Numbered from the stretch's first letter, positions 1-12,786 are shown. The stretch is 64,000 nt of DNA from Tubiluchus corallicola (GCA_030141605.1 JAQGDQ010000084.1:310001-374000), one strand, 5' to 3'. Notes: generated by a model not told the origin, from the letters alone. Program-made: numbers and translations.

Positions 1-36
1 ATATTTTAGTAATGACTCACACGTTTCAAATTTCTG

Positions 37-330
37 ACTAATAACTGCAACGTGCCGTCTGGTACTGTAATGTTATTGTAAATAATCTTACACTTAAACA
101 ATATATATTTTCAAAAGCCAAATAGGTAATAATTAAGCAGAGCAGAAAACAAATTGATGCAGTAACTTAAATACTAATTATGTATTTAACAAAAGACAAA
201 TAGGTAATAAATAAGCAGACCTGAAGAAAAGAAATTGATACAGTAACTTAAGAACTAATTATGTATTTGCAAAAACCAAATAGGTAATAATTAAGCAGAC
301 CAGTAAACAAATTGATACAGTAACAATTAG
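37..330. repeat. Three ~80-bp tandem copies plus a segment shared with the Penelope-like terminus at 35.05-35.3 kb
   Basis: aaataggtaataattaagcaga...aaattgatrcagtaac x3; ctaataactgyaacrtgccgtctggtactg also occurs at ~35070. Confidence 0.6.
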
Positions 331-805
331 CTAAGTATTTGAAAATAAAGTTACAGGAACTGAACTGCATTGTACATTAAGAGAAGGCTTGTTAGGGTAC
401 ATAAATAAACTTTCTTTTATTAATAAGTCCCAGTTATTTGTAGCTCTTCTTATAAGTTATTTATTGGGATATTCTCATACTTATCATGGCTGCCCTTGCC
501 TATATTGATGAACACGTGCCATATAATTAATAATTAAACGCGTGCTACTAATAATCTATACATAAAATGCATGTCCCAATCTTTACAGACAGTCCACCAC
601 CCAATAGCAATTTATTAATATCGCATCAACGCATCTTGTGACGGCTTCAGGCTAAATTCTCTTATACCTTCAACGAAAAAGCAATAACCCGGTCTAATTA
701 CATTCTCTAATCTCAATTAATCCGAGCAGGTAATCATTATTGAACTGGAAGACCTCCTTTCTTTGTAAAATCATAATTACTGGATTGACCACGAGTGTGC
801 ATGAA

Positions 806-1440
<635 letters not shown>

Positions 1441-1607
1441 GGTACAATCACATCAAATAAACAAGCAGATCAACAAGCAAAATAACATTAATTAACAAAT
1501 TAGCTGAAAAATACAAAATACAGGTGAGAGTAACATATGTTCGTATGGCACACAACTCATTCCTGTCAAAAAAATCAAAACAACGTTCTAAAGCCTATAT
1601 AACTTCT

Positions 1608-2830
1608 TTAAAGGAAAGGTCAAGCTTTCCTACGAGGTTGGGCTTATTTCAATGTTCGTGAAAAATGTTAAAAGGTCTAGTAATAATAGTGCAATAAGCG
1701 CCTCGTGTAACGAGTAAAATCACTTTAAAACCGCGATCATGCTTGGACGCTCCTATTTCAATGTCCCGTTTCTTCTTCCAATGACGTCATTCGTTTTGAA
1801 GAAAAGTAGCGCGCTGTCAATCTGCATCAAAAGTATAATACGTTTTTAGGTACGTAGCTAATTTTGTAATATTATTTTCGTGAATATTAGGCAAACCGCA
1901 GCAATTTCAGTTAGTTTAAGCAGCGCGCGCTTACTGGAACTCACGATTCGCTTACGAAAATTCACGAAATCTACCAGTTACGTCATATTTGTCAAATGAA
2001 TGGCGGCGACCACCAGCCTGAAAATTTCTATTCAAAGGTTGTGAATTTTAAATTTACGCTTTATAGGCAGTTCTTTTGCAAATTTCTTTGTTAAGTTACG
2101 ACAATAAAATAAACCAAAATACTGAGTGCTTTTGAAAAAGGCGTTATCTATTCTTCATGAAAATGTATTTTTAACTCCACTAGACCTTCTTTCGTACAGA
2201 TAGCAGAAGGCTAGAAAAACTATCTTGTAGTATTTTACTAGGACAAGGTAACTTCAAAGATTTTCTTTTTAATATTGGATACATACATGAAAATGTCTGT
2301 GTATGCTCAGACGAAGCACAAACAGTTGAACATTTGCTTTTTAATTGTACTCTGGTCGACGAAAATAAAAGATTAGCGCTCGGAAATATCCTACAATCTC
2401 AGAACAATAGTAAAATTTATACCTCTCGTGACCAAAACCTGCTAGATGCTTTCACTGAGTTAGTTTGTGATCCGTCTTTGCAAACTTTAGTATAAATTAT
2501 TAAACTTTGCGTAACAGAACAAATCTGTAGACATCTAATATTTCTGTTTCTAGTCACTTTTATATTATACAGGTCGTTTTGTGTAAACTGGTGCTATTTG
2601 ATTATAGTTGTTCTTATATATTATTTTGAGGTACGAAATCCGTGATTTAAAAATCTTACGAATGTAGCAGCAATTTTATTTAGAAAGTTTTTTAACCATA
2701 CCCTGCAAACAGAGAGCCGCTGTGTGTATTTTATGCAAATATTTGTATATGTGAATAATGTTAAATTTTAAATAAAGAATTAATAATAATAATAATAATA
2801 TTAATAATGAGTGCTTGTTTTTCCCTTTAA
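1608..2830 (+). mobile_element. Kolobok/T2-like MITE family K1, interrupted by a LINE fragment
   Basis: TTAA|AGG...|TTAA ends; homologous to copies at 5221, 34084, 45033 and 52461. Confidence 0.8.
2132..2807 (+). mobile_element. 5'-truncated non-LTR retrotransposon (ORF2 C-terminal CCHC knuckle, 3' UTR, (TAA)n tail)
   Basis: Frame 2184-2495 encodes LLGQGNFKDFLFNIGYIHENVCVCSDEAQTVEHLLFNC; AATAAA then (TAA)n; 9-bp TSD TGAGTGCTT at 2123-2131 and 2808-2816. Confidence 0.85.
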
Positions 2831-3638
2831 TGAAATTTACAGTCCGCATTTGATACTTGCTAGCCTAACATTACTTCTTACATCTAATGTACAGGAAAAA
2901 ACTTTAATAGAAAGAAAATTTTCATTTGTGTAAAAAGTTTCCTACTCGCTACAAATAGATTATAACCTATCATAGAAGAGGCATGAAATCGAGAATTATG
3001 TGCAAAGAAATTGGCTACATGATTTTCACTATATGAGCAACTAACAACTTTGAGGTTGTTTAAGTGGGGGATCAATATGACATATAAGAGGAAGACAGTA
3101 TCTGTGTGATCGAAACGGCAAATTCAAAAGTTTTCAGTTTTCTCACTGCAACATTCCAAGCTGTACTTAGAAATCTTAATTATCGAGTTTTCAGCTTTGA
3201 CTTCCGTAGTAACTGTGACAGTAGCTACGCCAGACAAGTGATTTCAAATCTGTGTATAAGTACGAAAGATTATCGATAATGCAATTAGCTAATTAACGGT
3301 AATTAACGGTATATAAAATGACTGCGTCATTATTAGAAATGTCATCATCATCTTGTAAATCAAAAGTTAAAATGTGACCCAAGTGAGTAACCTGATTGCA
3401 AAAAGGCAATGGCCTGTTTTTAAGTAAAATTCGAGGTCTGTTTTACTTTACATTTACCACTTCTAAAAATAATACATTTGCACGTCGTTCGTCTGCTTTT
3501 TTTGCGCAACTGTCTTTGCGCATTCTTTGAAAATTAAATTCAAAGATGTTTTATTGTACATTCACTGCAGCCTCGTGGAATCCAAACAGATAGTAAATAA
3601 ATAAATAAATAAGTAAATATATGTACAAATAAATGAAC

Positions 3639-4089
3639 TTAAAGGACAAGAAAAGGGGTACCTGAAGTAGGTTTCAGAAAAATCGCCTTAAAAATTGACA
3701 AGATACAGCAATCTAAAATTTTACTCATTTAGTGACGTGAGCGCCACGAATGCTCTGATTACTTTACTCAGTGTTATCTAAACTTGTTTCAAAATGGCTA
3801 CGTCTAACGGTCACGGAGGGAGTTTAAATTTACAGGTTGTATACAGAGTTACTACCGACGCAATTCATTGAGGCAAAAAGGCAGTATGTAAGTGATACAA
3901 AATTTCAAATCGCATTTTTAAGCTTTGTGTTTATGGAGGATTTTCTTGTGCTTAAAGAGAAGATTTATTTTACTTCGGTTGGAAAAGAGCCACATTGATA
4001 CATAAAGCACTCACTAGATGGCAGGAAAACAATAAAAAATGAAACAGCATGGTTTTTGTCACAATAAATAGCGATTTCTTGTCCTTTAA
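3639..4089 (+). mobile_element. Kolobok/T2-like MITE family K2
   Basis: TTAA|AGGACAAGAAA...TTTCTTGTCCT|TTAA; internal homology to 6964-7635, 10.65-11.7 kb, 17.3-17.8 kb, 24.9-25.15 kb and 49.1-49.8 kb. Confidence 0.8.
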
Positions 4090-4560
4090 TAACTTGCAGT
4101 TAGTACACTGACAACCGTGTGGCATGTATGAAGCCCATTAAAGATGGGAGATGCCTCTCCCTGCTATTACTCTGTCAGAAGAGCTGATGCTGATGAGAGG
4201 AATGAGACAAAATTCAGAGCGGGTGGATTATTAGATCTGTTTATGGAAGGGAAAACTGTTCTCTTGTTATTTCAGCTGTCAAAGGGAAAATTAATGTATA
4301 AAGACAATAATACTAATGCGCCCAGTATGTCAAAATAAATACACAGGGTCAAAAAAATGTAGTTATTTCGGCACTTTTCCAAGCGGGATGGTCAGGAAAT
4401 AAATGCTTCCAGGCGTCCCAGAAACGTGTTGGGGTTCCACGGGAAAGATTGTGCTGGTCAGAGTATTTTCTTCAACAATTCGAAACAGAATTATGCTTTC
4501 TTGTTATTCATGTGGGTTTCTAGCAAAAATTCTGTAACAATTTTCAACGGTTTTATAACA

Positions 4561-5210
4561 CGTTTGTACAAAGTTTACAGTTCTCACAAGAAATTAGTTT
4601 GTGAAGCGGATTATTGTTAATGGTTATGGTCACGATTAGGATTACGGTTGAGATAAGGATTGGCGTTAGGGGTAGGAAGGAAAGAATAGGGTCAGGGTTA
4701 GTGTTTGAGGTTAGCGTTTAGGTTTAGCTTTAGGGTTGGGGTTGAGTTAGAGTTAGCGTTAGGGTTGGGTTAGAGTAAAGGTTGTGGTTAGGGTTGGGTT
4801 AGAGTTAGAGTTAGGGTTGGGTTAGAGTAAAGGTTGTGGTTAGGGTTGGGCTAGAGTTAGAGTTAGGGTTAGGGTTGGGTTAGAGTTTTGGTTAGGGTTG
4901 GGTTAGAGTAGGGTTAGGGTTGGGTTAGAGTTGGGGTTATGGTTGGGTTAGAGTTAGGGTTAGGGTTGGGTTAGAGTTGGGCTAGAGTTAGGGTTGGGTT
5001 AGAGTTAGGGTTTAGGTTGGGTTAGAGTTAGGGTTAGGGTTGGGTTAGAGTTAGGGTTAGGTTTGGTTAGGTTAGAGTTAGGGTTAGGGGCGGGTTAGAG
5101 TTAGGGTTAGGGTTAGGGTTGGGTTAGAGTGAGAGTTAGGATTGGGTTAGAGTTAGGGTTAACGTTATGATATTTGAATTGTGTGGAGAATTGTAAACTT
5201 CTTCCGAACG
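4561..5210. mobile_element. MITE-like element with expanded degenerate TTAGGG/TTAGAG core
   Basis: Imperfect ~25-bp inverted ends cgtttgtacaaagtttacagttctc / gagaattgtaaacttcttccgaacg around ~530 bp of gggttagagttagggtt-type repeats. Confidence 0.65.
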
Positions 5211-5220
5211 GTTTGGATAC

Positions 5221-5699
5221 TTAAAGGAAAGGTTAACTCTTCGGAGAAGAAAGGTTTATTTTAATGTTAAAAGGGTTTAGTAATACAAGTGTGTTGCGTG
5301 TCTCGTGTAATCAGTAAAATCATTTTAAAGTCACGATCATTTCGCTTCAGCGCTCCCATTTTGAACACCCATCCTTCCACCAATGACGTCATTCGTCGAC
5401 TGGAAAAAAGCAGCACGCTGTCTATTTCCATATATTTTCATGTATATCAGGTAAGCTGCAAAAATTTGAATTAAATAAAGCAGCGCCCTCTGCGTTGCGC
5501 CTGCAAAAAGTATGGAAGTTCACCAGTTACGTCATAACTTACAAGTGAAAGGGGCTGCCATTGCCTCTGAAAATTGTCATAATGCGGCAGTATAAATTAA
5601 CATTGTTGACAGATTTTGTAAATATTTTGTTATAATTTAAGTTTAAGTGATAACAGTTAAATAAACCCAACATACTAAATGAGTTGTTCTTTCCTTTAA
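5221..5699 (+). mobile_element. Kolobok/T2-like MITE family K1
   Basis: TTAA|AGGAAAG...CTTTCCT|TTAA. Confidence 0.8.
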
Positions 5700-5785
5700 T
5701 CGCATTTCATGACAGGCATTCTTCTCATACACTGAACAGAAAGATCAGTAATTAACAGCAACTGTGTTTTGCAAACAACCGGGTA

Positions 5786-6703
5786 AAATTACATAGTACC
5801 TGCCTGCACAGGTAAACAACATAGTTACCTGGTGGATTATTCACAACAATTAAATTACATAGTATCTGCCTGCACAGGTAAACAGCATAGTTACCTGGTG
5901 GATTATTCACAACAATTAAATTACAGTATCTGCCTGCACAGGTAAACAACATAGTTACCTGGTGGATTATTCACAACAATTAAATTACATAGTACCTGCC
6001 TGCACAGGTAAACAACATAGTTACCTGGTGGATTATTCACAACAATTAAATTACATAGTATCTACCTTTACAGGTAAACAACATAGTTACCTGGTGGATT
6101 ATTCACAACAATTAAATTACAGTATCTGCCTGAACAGGTAAACAACATAGTTACCTGGTGGATTATTCACAACAATTAAATTACATAGTATCTACCTTTA
6201 CAGGTAAACAACATAGTTACCTGGTGGATTATTCACAACAATTAAATTACAGTATCTGCCTGCACAGGTAAACAACATAGTTACCTGGTGGATTATTCAC
6301 AACAATTAAATTACATAGTATCTACCTGCACAGGTAAACAACATAGTTACCTGGTGGATTTTTCACAACAATTAAATTATATTGTATCTACCTGCACAGG
6401 TAAACAACATAGTTACCTGGTGGATTATTCACAACAATTAAATTACATAGTATCTACCTTTACAGGTAAACAACATAGTTACCTTGTGGATTATTCAAAA
6501 CAATTAAATTACATAGTACCTGCCTGCACAGGTAAACAACATAGTTACCTGGTGGATTATTCACAACAATTAAATTACATAGTATCTACCTGCACAGGTA
6601 AACAACATAGTTACCTTGTGGATTATTCACAACAATTAAATTACATAGTATCTACCTGCACAGGTAAACAACATAGTTACCTGGTGGATTATTTACAACA
6701 ATT
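5786..6703. repeat. Minisatellite, ~14 copies of a 64-66-bp unit
   Basis: Unit gtaaacaacatagttacctggtggattattcacaacaattaaattacatagtatctacctgcacag. Confidence 0.97.
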
Positions 6704-6963
6704 TTCTTTTCTACCTCGTTACCAACAAGAAACACCCCGCTAATTGATCCTACGTAGTGATTACTGAGTGTCTGCCTCTTACTAATTGATAAAATATGAC
6801 AAGTGTTCAACAGAAATCAATTTGGCGCTGTTTGCGGCTGGTCAGGCGACTTCCACGGTGACGTCATTCGCACCTTGTTTACCGACCGCCAGACAAACCA
6901 ATAATAACGAGCCAAGCAAGAAAAACAGGTCAAGCGAATTAGAATGTAACTCTAACCTTCCAC

Positions 6964-7635
6964 TTAAAGCACAAGAAAATCCTTCACTTACTGAAGATTA
7001 AAAAATTTGTCTTGAAATTTTATACCACGTTGGTACTGCTTTTTGTACGCAGGAGTTGCGTCGGTAGCAACGCTGTATGAAGCTTATAAATTTAAACTCA
7101 GTCGATGACTGTTAGACGCAGCTATTTTGACGATAAGTCATTTGAAACAAGTTTAGATATCATTGTGTAAAGTTTGAAAAAATAATCAGAGCATTCGTAG
7201 CGCTCACGTCACTAACAACGTAAAATTTTAAAATACTGTATCTTGTCAATAAGATTAAAATATCTTTGGTTAGTGAGTGGTGCACCCTGGAGGCGAGTAA
7301 ATGACGTTTTACCAATTAGTCAAAACATTTTAAAATAATCAATAATTTTCTTTTCAAGTTATATAAGCCTTGAGCAGTTAAGTGAAATGCTAAGTAATAT
7401 AACTTTGCATGGAAAGTTTTTTGGGACATTTCTTTTTCTTCCCCTGATTTACGTCGTGTGTATATGACGTCATATAATGGCGCGGTCGGAACCGTATTGT
7501 GGGAGATTTAAAATGAAAACAAACAAAAAATCTTTTCAACGCGAGTACTATATACGCATAAAATTGCTATAAACTAATATTTTAAGACGATTTTTTGTGA
7601 AACCTACTTCAAGTACCCATTTTCTTGTCCTTTAA
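6964..7635 (-). mobile_element. Kolobok/T2-like MITE family K2
   Basis: TTAA|AGCACAAGAAAA...TTTTCTTGTCCT|TTAA; reverse homology to 3639-3956. Confidence 0.75.
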
Positions 7636-7989
7636 CAGTTCATCGACGTAACAATATTAGATCGTTATAAAAACGCAGGTACACGTCCTTATTGGCGCGT
7701 TCAGACAAGGGAGCTTTCTGTTTGCCTGCTTTCCCTCTGACCGCAAACACGCAAGCGTGACTTCAAGGAAGCTGTAAAGAAAGGGTGGAAATTTGAAGAA
7801 AAATTTGACACTTTAAAAGGGAAGAAGCGCTAAATGTCTGAAGTTCCTAAATTACCTTTTCTTTAGTAACCAAAACCGAAAAACTTTGAATAAAAAAAGA
7901 AACCTATTTATATGTTGACCACTGTACTTACTTGTGTTTAATAATTGCCAAAAAAAGAGAGACGAATAATTTAATACTAACATATATAT

Positions 7990-8560
7990 TTTACAATATT
8001 TACATACACAAAACAACAGTGAAAACAAACAAACAATATTAAACAGTGCAATTATCGATGTAAACTAATTAACATAATAATCAATAATTAAGCCGCCTAA
8101 ACGGGGGGGGCGAGAATGTGAGTGCTCTCTACGACACAGTATCTACACATTACAAATGAGTTCGTTTGTCAGAAGACTTAACATTTGATATTCATTATAT
8201 CTAAAAATAGGTTAGGGAGAAGTTTAAGATCACCTATGCCATGTTACCTTTACAAGGTCAAAACTACCTATGAATGCGGCTTCAGTAATTGTCTGAAATC
8301 ACGACTGTTTTTCACTTGCAACAAAGCAAGAAATTGCAAACAAGAAACCGACTACTTCTTGACATCATGAAAAGTTATACAACTGTACTATACAAATACA
8401 TTCACACGTGTGGGTAAAAACGGGGACATTACGCCGAAGTTAAATGAAGCCGCATTCGTTTTTTAAAAACACACGTAGAATTTGCTTTTGTTAATTGATT
8501 GGAAATACTATTCCACAATACGATACCTAGATGTTTAATTGAGTGTTTTATGACTTTGGC
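7990..8560 (-). mobile_element. CR1/L2-type LINE 3' fragment
   Basis: Encodes HSIKHLGIVLWNSISNQLTKANSTCVFKKRMRLHL*, matching the usual LWN...FKK C-terminus of CR1/L2 ORF2; left boundary approximate. Confidence 0.65.
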
Positions 8561-8561
8561 G

Positions 8562-9296
8562 CTGGCGCAGACGCAGTCGTACACTTGACATAGACACAAA
8601 TACAGACATAGACATACACGTAGGCGTAAACGTAGACGCAAACGTAGACATAGGCATGGTCTCATAGACACAGGCATAGACATAGACATAGACACAGACA
8701 CAGACATATACACAGACACAGACATTGACATAGACACAAATACAGACATAGACATACACGTAGGCGTAGGCGTAGGCGTAGGCGTAGACGTAGACGCAAA
8801 CGTAGACATAGGCATGGTCATAGACACAGACATAGACATAGACACAGACACAGACATATACACAGACGCAGACATACACGTAGACGTAGATGTAGACGTA
8901 GACGCATACGTAGACATAGGCATAGACATAGACATAGGCATAGACGTACACGTAGACGTAGGCGTAGGCGTAGGCGCAAGCGCAGACGCAGACACTGACA
9001 CTGGAGCAGGCGCAGTCGTAGACTTGACATAGACACAAACACAGACATACACGTAGGCGTAGGCGTAGACGTAGACGCAAACGTAGACATAGGCATGGAC
9101 ATAGACACAGACATAGACACAGACACAGACATATACACAGGCACAGACATAGACACAGACATATACGCAAACACAGCCATAGACACAGGCATACACGTAG
9201 ACGTAGACGTAGACGTAGACGTAGACGTAGACGTAAACGCAGACGTTGACGTAGACGTAGACATAGGCATAGACATAGACATAGACACAGACATAG
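8562..9296. repeat. Compound hexanucleotide microsatellite (GACATA/GACACA/GACGTA/GGCGTA) with higher-order duplications
   Basis: Direct inspection; explains the ORFs at 8429-9346. Confidence 0.95.
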
Positions 9297-9459
9297 AACA
9301 TTTATTTTCTCTATTTTCAAAAATAGTTTTACAGCAAACGTTTTAGTTAAATATTAAATAATTGTAATCATGGAGCAGGCAGGGAGGGACCAAAGGGTCG
9401 CCTAGTCTCCTGCCCTTTCATAAATTCATAACAGCCAATATGCATTCTCCAGTTCAGGT

Positions 9460-9492
9460 CATAGATTTAAACGCGTGGCATTTAAATCTATG
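9460..9492. mobile_element. 33-bp palindromic mini-transposon (CATAGA...TCTATG) with 8-bp TSD
   Basis: gttcaggt|catagatttaaa cgcgtggca tttaaatctatg|gtttaggt; 12-bp perfect inverted repeat, 7/8 flanking duplication. Confidence 0.6.
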
Positions 9493-9677
9493 GTTTAGGT
9501 ACACTCACATACTTAACAACTTTCCTCCTTTCAACTGAATTTAACGACTGGAAATCTTTGATAAGATCCCAGCAAAATGCAAAGCAAGAACTTAACGTGA
9601 TCTAGTGGCAGATTAGAGATTACTGAGCCACTGGGAGAAAGCTTCTGTCAGTCAGGAAACGAAAACGGTCAGTAAAC

Positions 9678-10041
9678 AATAAGCCTTTTTCACAGTTTTC
9701 TCTGCGCGCACGCGCAATTGCTGCAGGCCAAAGGTTAACTGTATCATAGCAACGTCTCTTAACGTGTGTGCAAAGCAAAGCAAGGCCGTCTGCCGCATCC
9801 GTTCAGTTACTTCAGTTGTTTCACGAGAACTTTCATTAATTATGCATTAATCTGTGCGTGGAGTGATTTACTAGCAGGATATTGTTTGGGAACAAGAAAA
9901 ATGAACTAGGTAAGGTTCCTAAGCTAAAACTGTTACTATTACAACGTCGTCAAGTGTACACAAATGCGTTGTCTGGTAAACTTAACTTTTGACCTTTTCA
10001 CGATCATCATCAATCGCTGGAACTCGGTGAAAAGGCTTATT
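9678..10041 (+). mobile_element. MITE family M (aataagccttttcac TIR)
   Basis: TIRs and internal homology to copies at 23132, 30316, 32695, 48655 and 61201. Confidence 0.85.
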
Positions 10042-10607
10042 TTTCAAGCTGCAGGAAAGTACACGATCTATTCAAACAATATCTAAAATACTTATCAACA
10101 AAGACACTGATTCTATTCTACAGTAGGAAATTTATTTACTGGTGACAATCCGTTCACAACAATTGCAAATAATTCCAAAAAATAAAGCTAGATTACTTAT
10201 ATGGAAATGTTACTTGAAAATATTAAAATAATAACTATAAGTATACATGTGTACAAAATTTTTACTCTCTCATTTGCGCTCGGAGAGAGATTTCTCTACT
10301 GTTTTCTTTTTGACAGTAACTCGCAAGTGTGAACTGCTTTGCGAGTTACTGTCGGCAGGAAGTCTGCGACTGTTGCTGCGAGATGATTTACAAACTAGTG
10401 TGAACGCATCCTCGAGTTACTTATCACAGTGAATAGATAAGCGAGTGTGAGCTCGCACTTACTGTTGGAGAGTAACTCGCAGCAAGTTTTGCTCTCTGGT
10501 CTGAACACGCTTGCGAGTTACTTGGCTAGTTACCTTGCGAGCTAGACTGAATGCGCCATTAAGAAGTTTTTCTCTGGCATGACTTGAGATAGAATTCTTA
10601 TCTTAAA

Positions 10608-11848
10608 ACTCAAAAAATTAAAATTTTCTAGCTCATTTCTCACCCAGCCATCACTAAAGCACAAGAAACACAAATAAATGGTACTTAAAGTTATAAAAAG
10701 CTCGTCTTGGCATGCTGCCTTATTGCACAGAGAGCTTGCATTAGCAGTATCGCCTTATAATATGTAAATTTAAACTAAGGCGATGACCTTTAAGCGCAGC
10801 CGTTTTGACGACAAGTAGCTTGAAACAAGTTCAGATAACATTGCGTAAAGTTTAGAAAATAATCAAAGCATTCGAAGCACACACGTCACAAACTAAGCAA
10901 AAGTGTAAATTAATTTATCTCGCTAATAAGAGAATACTTAACACGTTTTTGGTGAACCAATGGCGTATTTTGTTGAAAATGAGATATTGAAACAGTGACG
11001 TTTTACCAATTATCAAGAACCTTTTAAACTAATAAGAACCTTCTTTCTCAACAAGGTAAGCGCAGAGCAAAGTAACATACCTTCGTAAGAAAAATTTCTT
11101 GAGACACACTTTAAAATACTCTTTTCTCCCCTTTCAAGAATATTAGAGACATTTTGTCAATTATCAAATATTTTTTGTAAAGTTCAATCTTCATTAATTT
11201 CATCAGCATGTCTTTAACTAGTGGCGGACTCAAAAAATTAAAATTTCCTAGCTCATTTCTCACCCAGCCATCACTAAAGCACAAGAAACACAAATAAATG
11301 GTACTTAAAGTTATAAATAGCTCGTCTTGGCATGCTGCCTTATTGCACAGAGAGCTTGCATTAGCAGTATCGCCTTATAATATGTAAATTTAAACTAAGG
11401 CGATGACCTTTAAGCGCAGCCGTTTTGACGACAAGTAGCTTGAAACAAGTTCAGATAACATTGCGTAAAGTTTAGAAAATAATCAAAGCATTCGAAGCAC
11501 ACACGTCACAAACTAAGCAAAAGTGTAAATTAATTTATCTCGCTAATAAGAGAATACTTAACACGTTTTTGGTGAACCAATGGCGTATTTTGTTGCACAA
11601 TGAGATATTGAAACAGTGACGTTTTACCAATTATCAAGAACCTTTTAAACTAATAAGAACCTTCTTTCTCAACAAGGTAAGCGCAGAGCAAAGTAACATA
11701 CCTTCGTAAGAAAAATTTCTTGAGACACACTTTAAAATACTCTTTTCTCCCCTTTCAAGAATATTAGAGACATTTTGTCAATTATCAAATATTTTTTGTA
11801 AAGTTCAATCTTCATTAATTTCATCAGCATGTCTTTAACTAGTGGCGG
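10608..11848. repeat. Near-identical tandem duplication of 620/621 bp containing a K2 copy
   Basis: 10608-11227 and 11228-11848 differ at only a few positions. Confidence 0.95.
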
Positions 11849-12786
11849 CTACTAGTGTATAGATACTGTGGAACTGCAACACCGCCTGTTTTCACTCATT
11901 ATTATCGTCTTTTTTCTTTATAGTTGTGCAAAACCAGAGCTTGTGAGGGTAGTACTGTTTGCTTCACAGTCCAGCATAGTTTGGCTGTTGTGCGCATGCG
12001 GCTATGTGCACATGTCTGAGATAACACGTTGTACGCTGCACGTTGCACTGCTAGCGGCTGCTGCCAGGTAGAGAAAGTACTGTCACTCACACAGTTTGTT
12101 GTCAGTTGTTACATGCTTAATAACTGCGTACCGGCGTATTCTTGAACTGCCTCAATTTAGGCTATTCGTAAGCAAAAGATTTTTGTGTTTACAGTTTTAT
12201 CAAGTTTATATGTAAACTTTCATGTGCTTGTTTGTTTATAATTACAGTTACAGTAGTACCTCTGTTTTCGACCATAATTCGTTCTCAAAGTGTTTAAGAA
12301 CCGAATCATTTATTCCCATAAGAAATAATGCAAAAGCAAATAATCCGTTCTCAAGCACCAAATGAAGTAGATATGATATAATTGATAAGAAAAACATCAT
12401 ATAATTACTTTGAAAGAAAAACATAATTGTTCCTGCATGAAAAAGCGGAGAAAAATAAGCGTAGAAAGCACTTAGCGATGTTAGGCGATTTAAATATTGT
12501 GCGTGACTACTCTCAGGTGCGGTCGCTTACGCTCGGCTCTACTCGGCTCGCCGCGCATGCGTTCATCACGTGTTTGGCGTGTTTGTTCGAGTACCGAAAT
12601 TCTGGTCGAGAGCTGAGACAATTCACCTCGAATTTTCTGGTCGAAAACCGATTTGTTCGAGTATGGAGACGTTCGACAGCGGAGGTATGATTGTACAAAT
12701 TACAACATTAAAATTACATATGTTTGTTACATTTTACACAGTATTAAAACATGGGCTAAAAATTTTCTGAAGCAGCACTGCCACTA
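11840..12786 (+). mobile_element. MITE family N (yagtggcgg...ctgccactr) with nested Tc1/pogo-like MITE
   Basis: Homologous to 23901-24372, 62667-63188 and 41175-41381. Confidence 0.75.
12251..12693. mobile_element. Tigger/pogo-like MITE nested in family N
   Basis: TA|CAGTAGTACCTC...GAGGTATGATTG|TA; the copy at ~41285 shows the empty site with a single TA. Confidence 0.75.

Noticed and set aside
4630-5160. True telomere or telomere fusion site
   Set aside because: Repeats are degenerate, in one orientation and internal to an inverted-repeat element.
5786-6703. CRISPR-like appearance of the tandem arrays (also 18774-19210 and 46600-47090)
   Set aside because: Units are contiguous with no unique spacers, there are no cas genes, and the context is eukaryotic.
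6288-6743. 151-aa ORF with 22-aa repeats
   Set aside because: Consequence of 66-bp units; neighbouring 64-bp units break the frame and no domain is recognisable.
8429-9346. Long overlapping ORFs (290, 261, 158 aa)
   Set aside because: Hexamer microsatellite; only the last ~40 codons of 8429-9301 are meaningful, as a LINE fragment.
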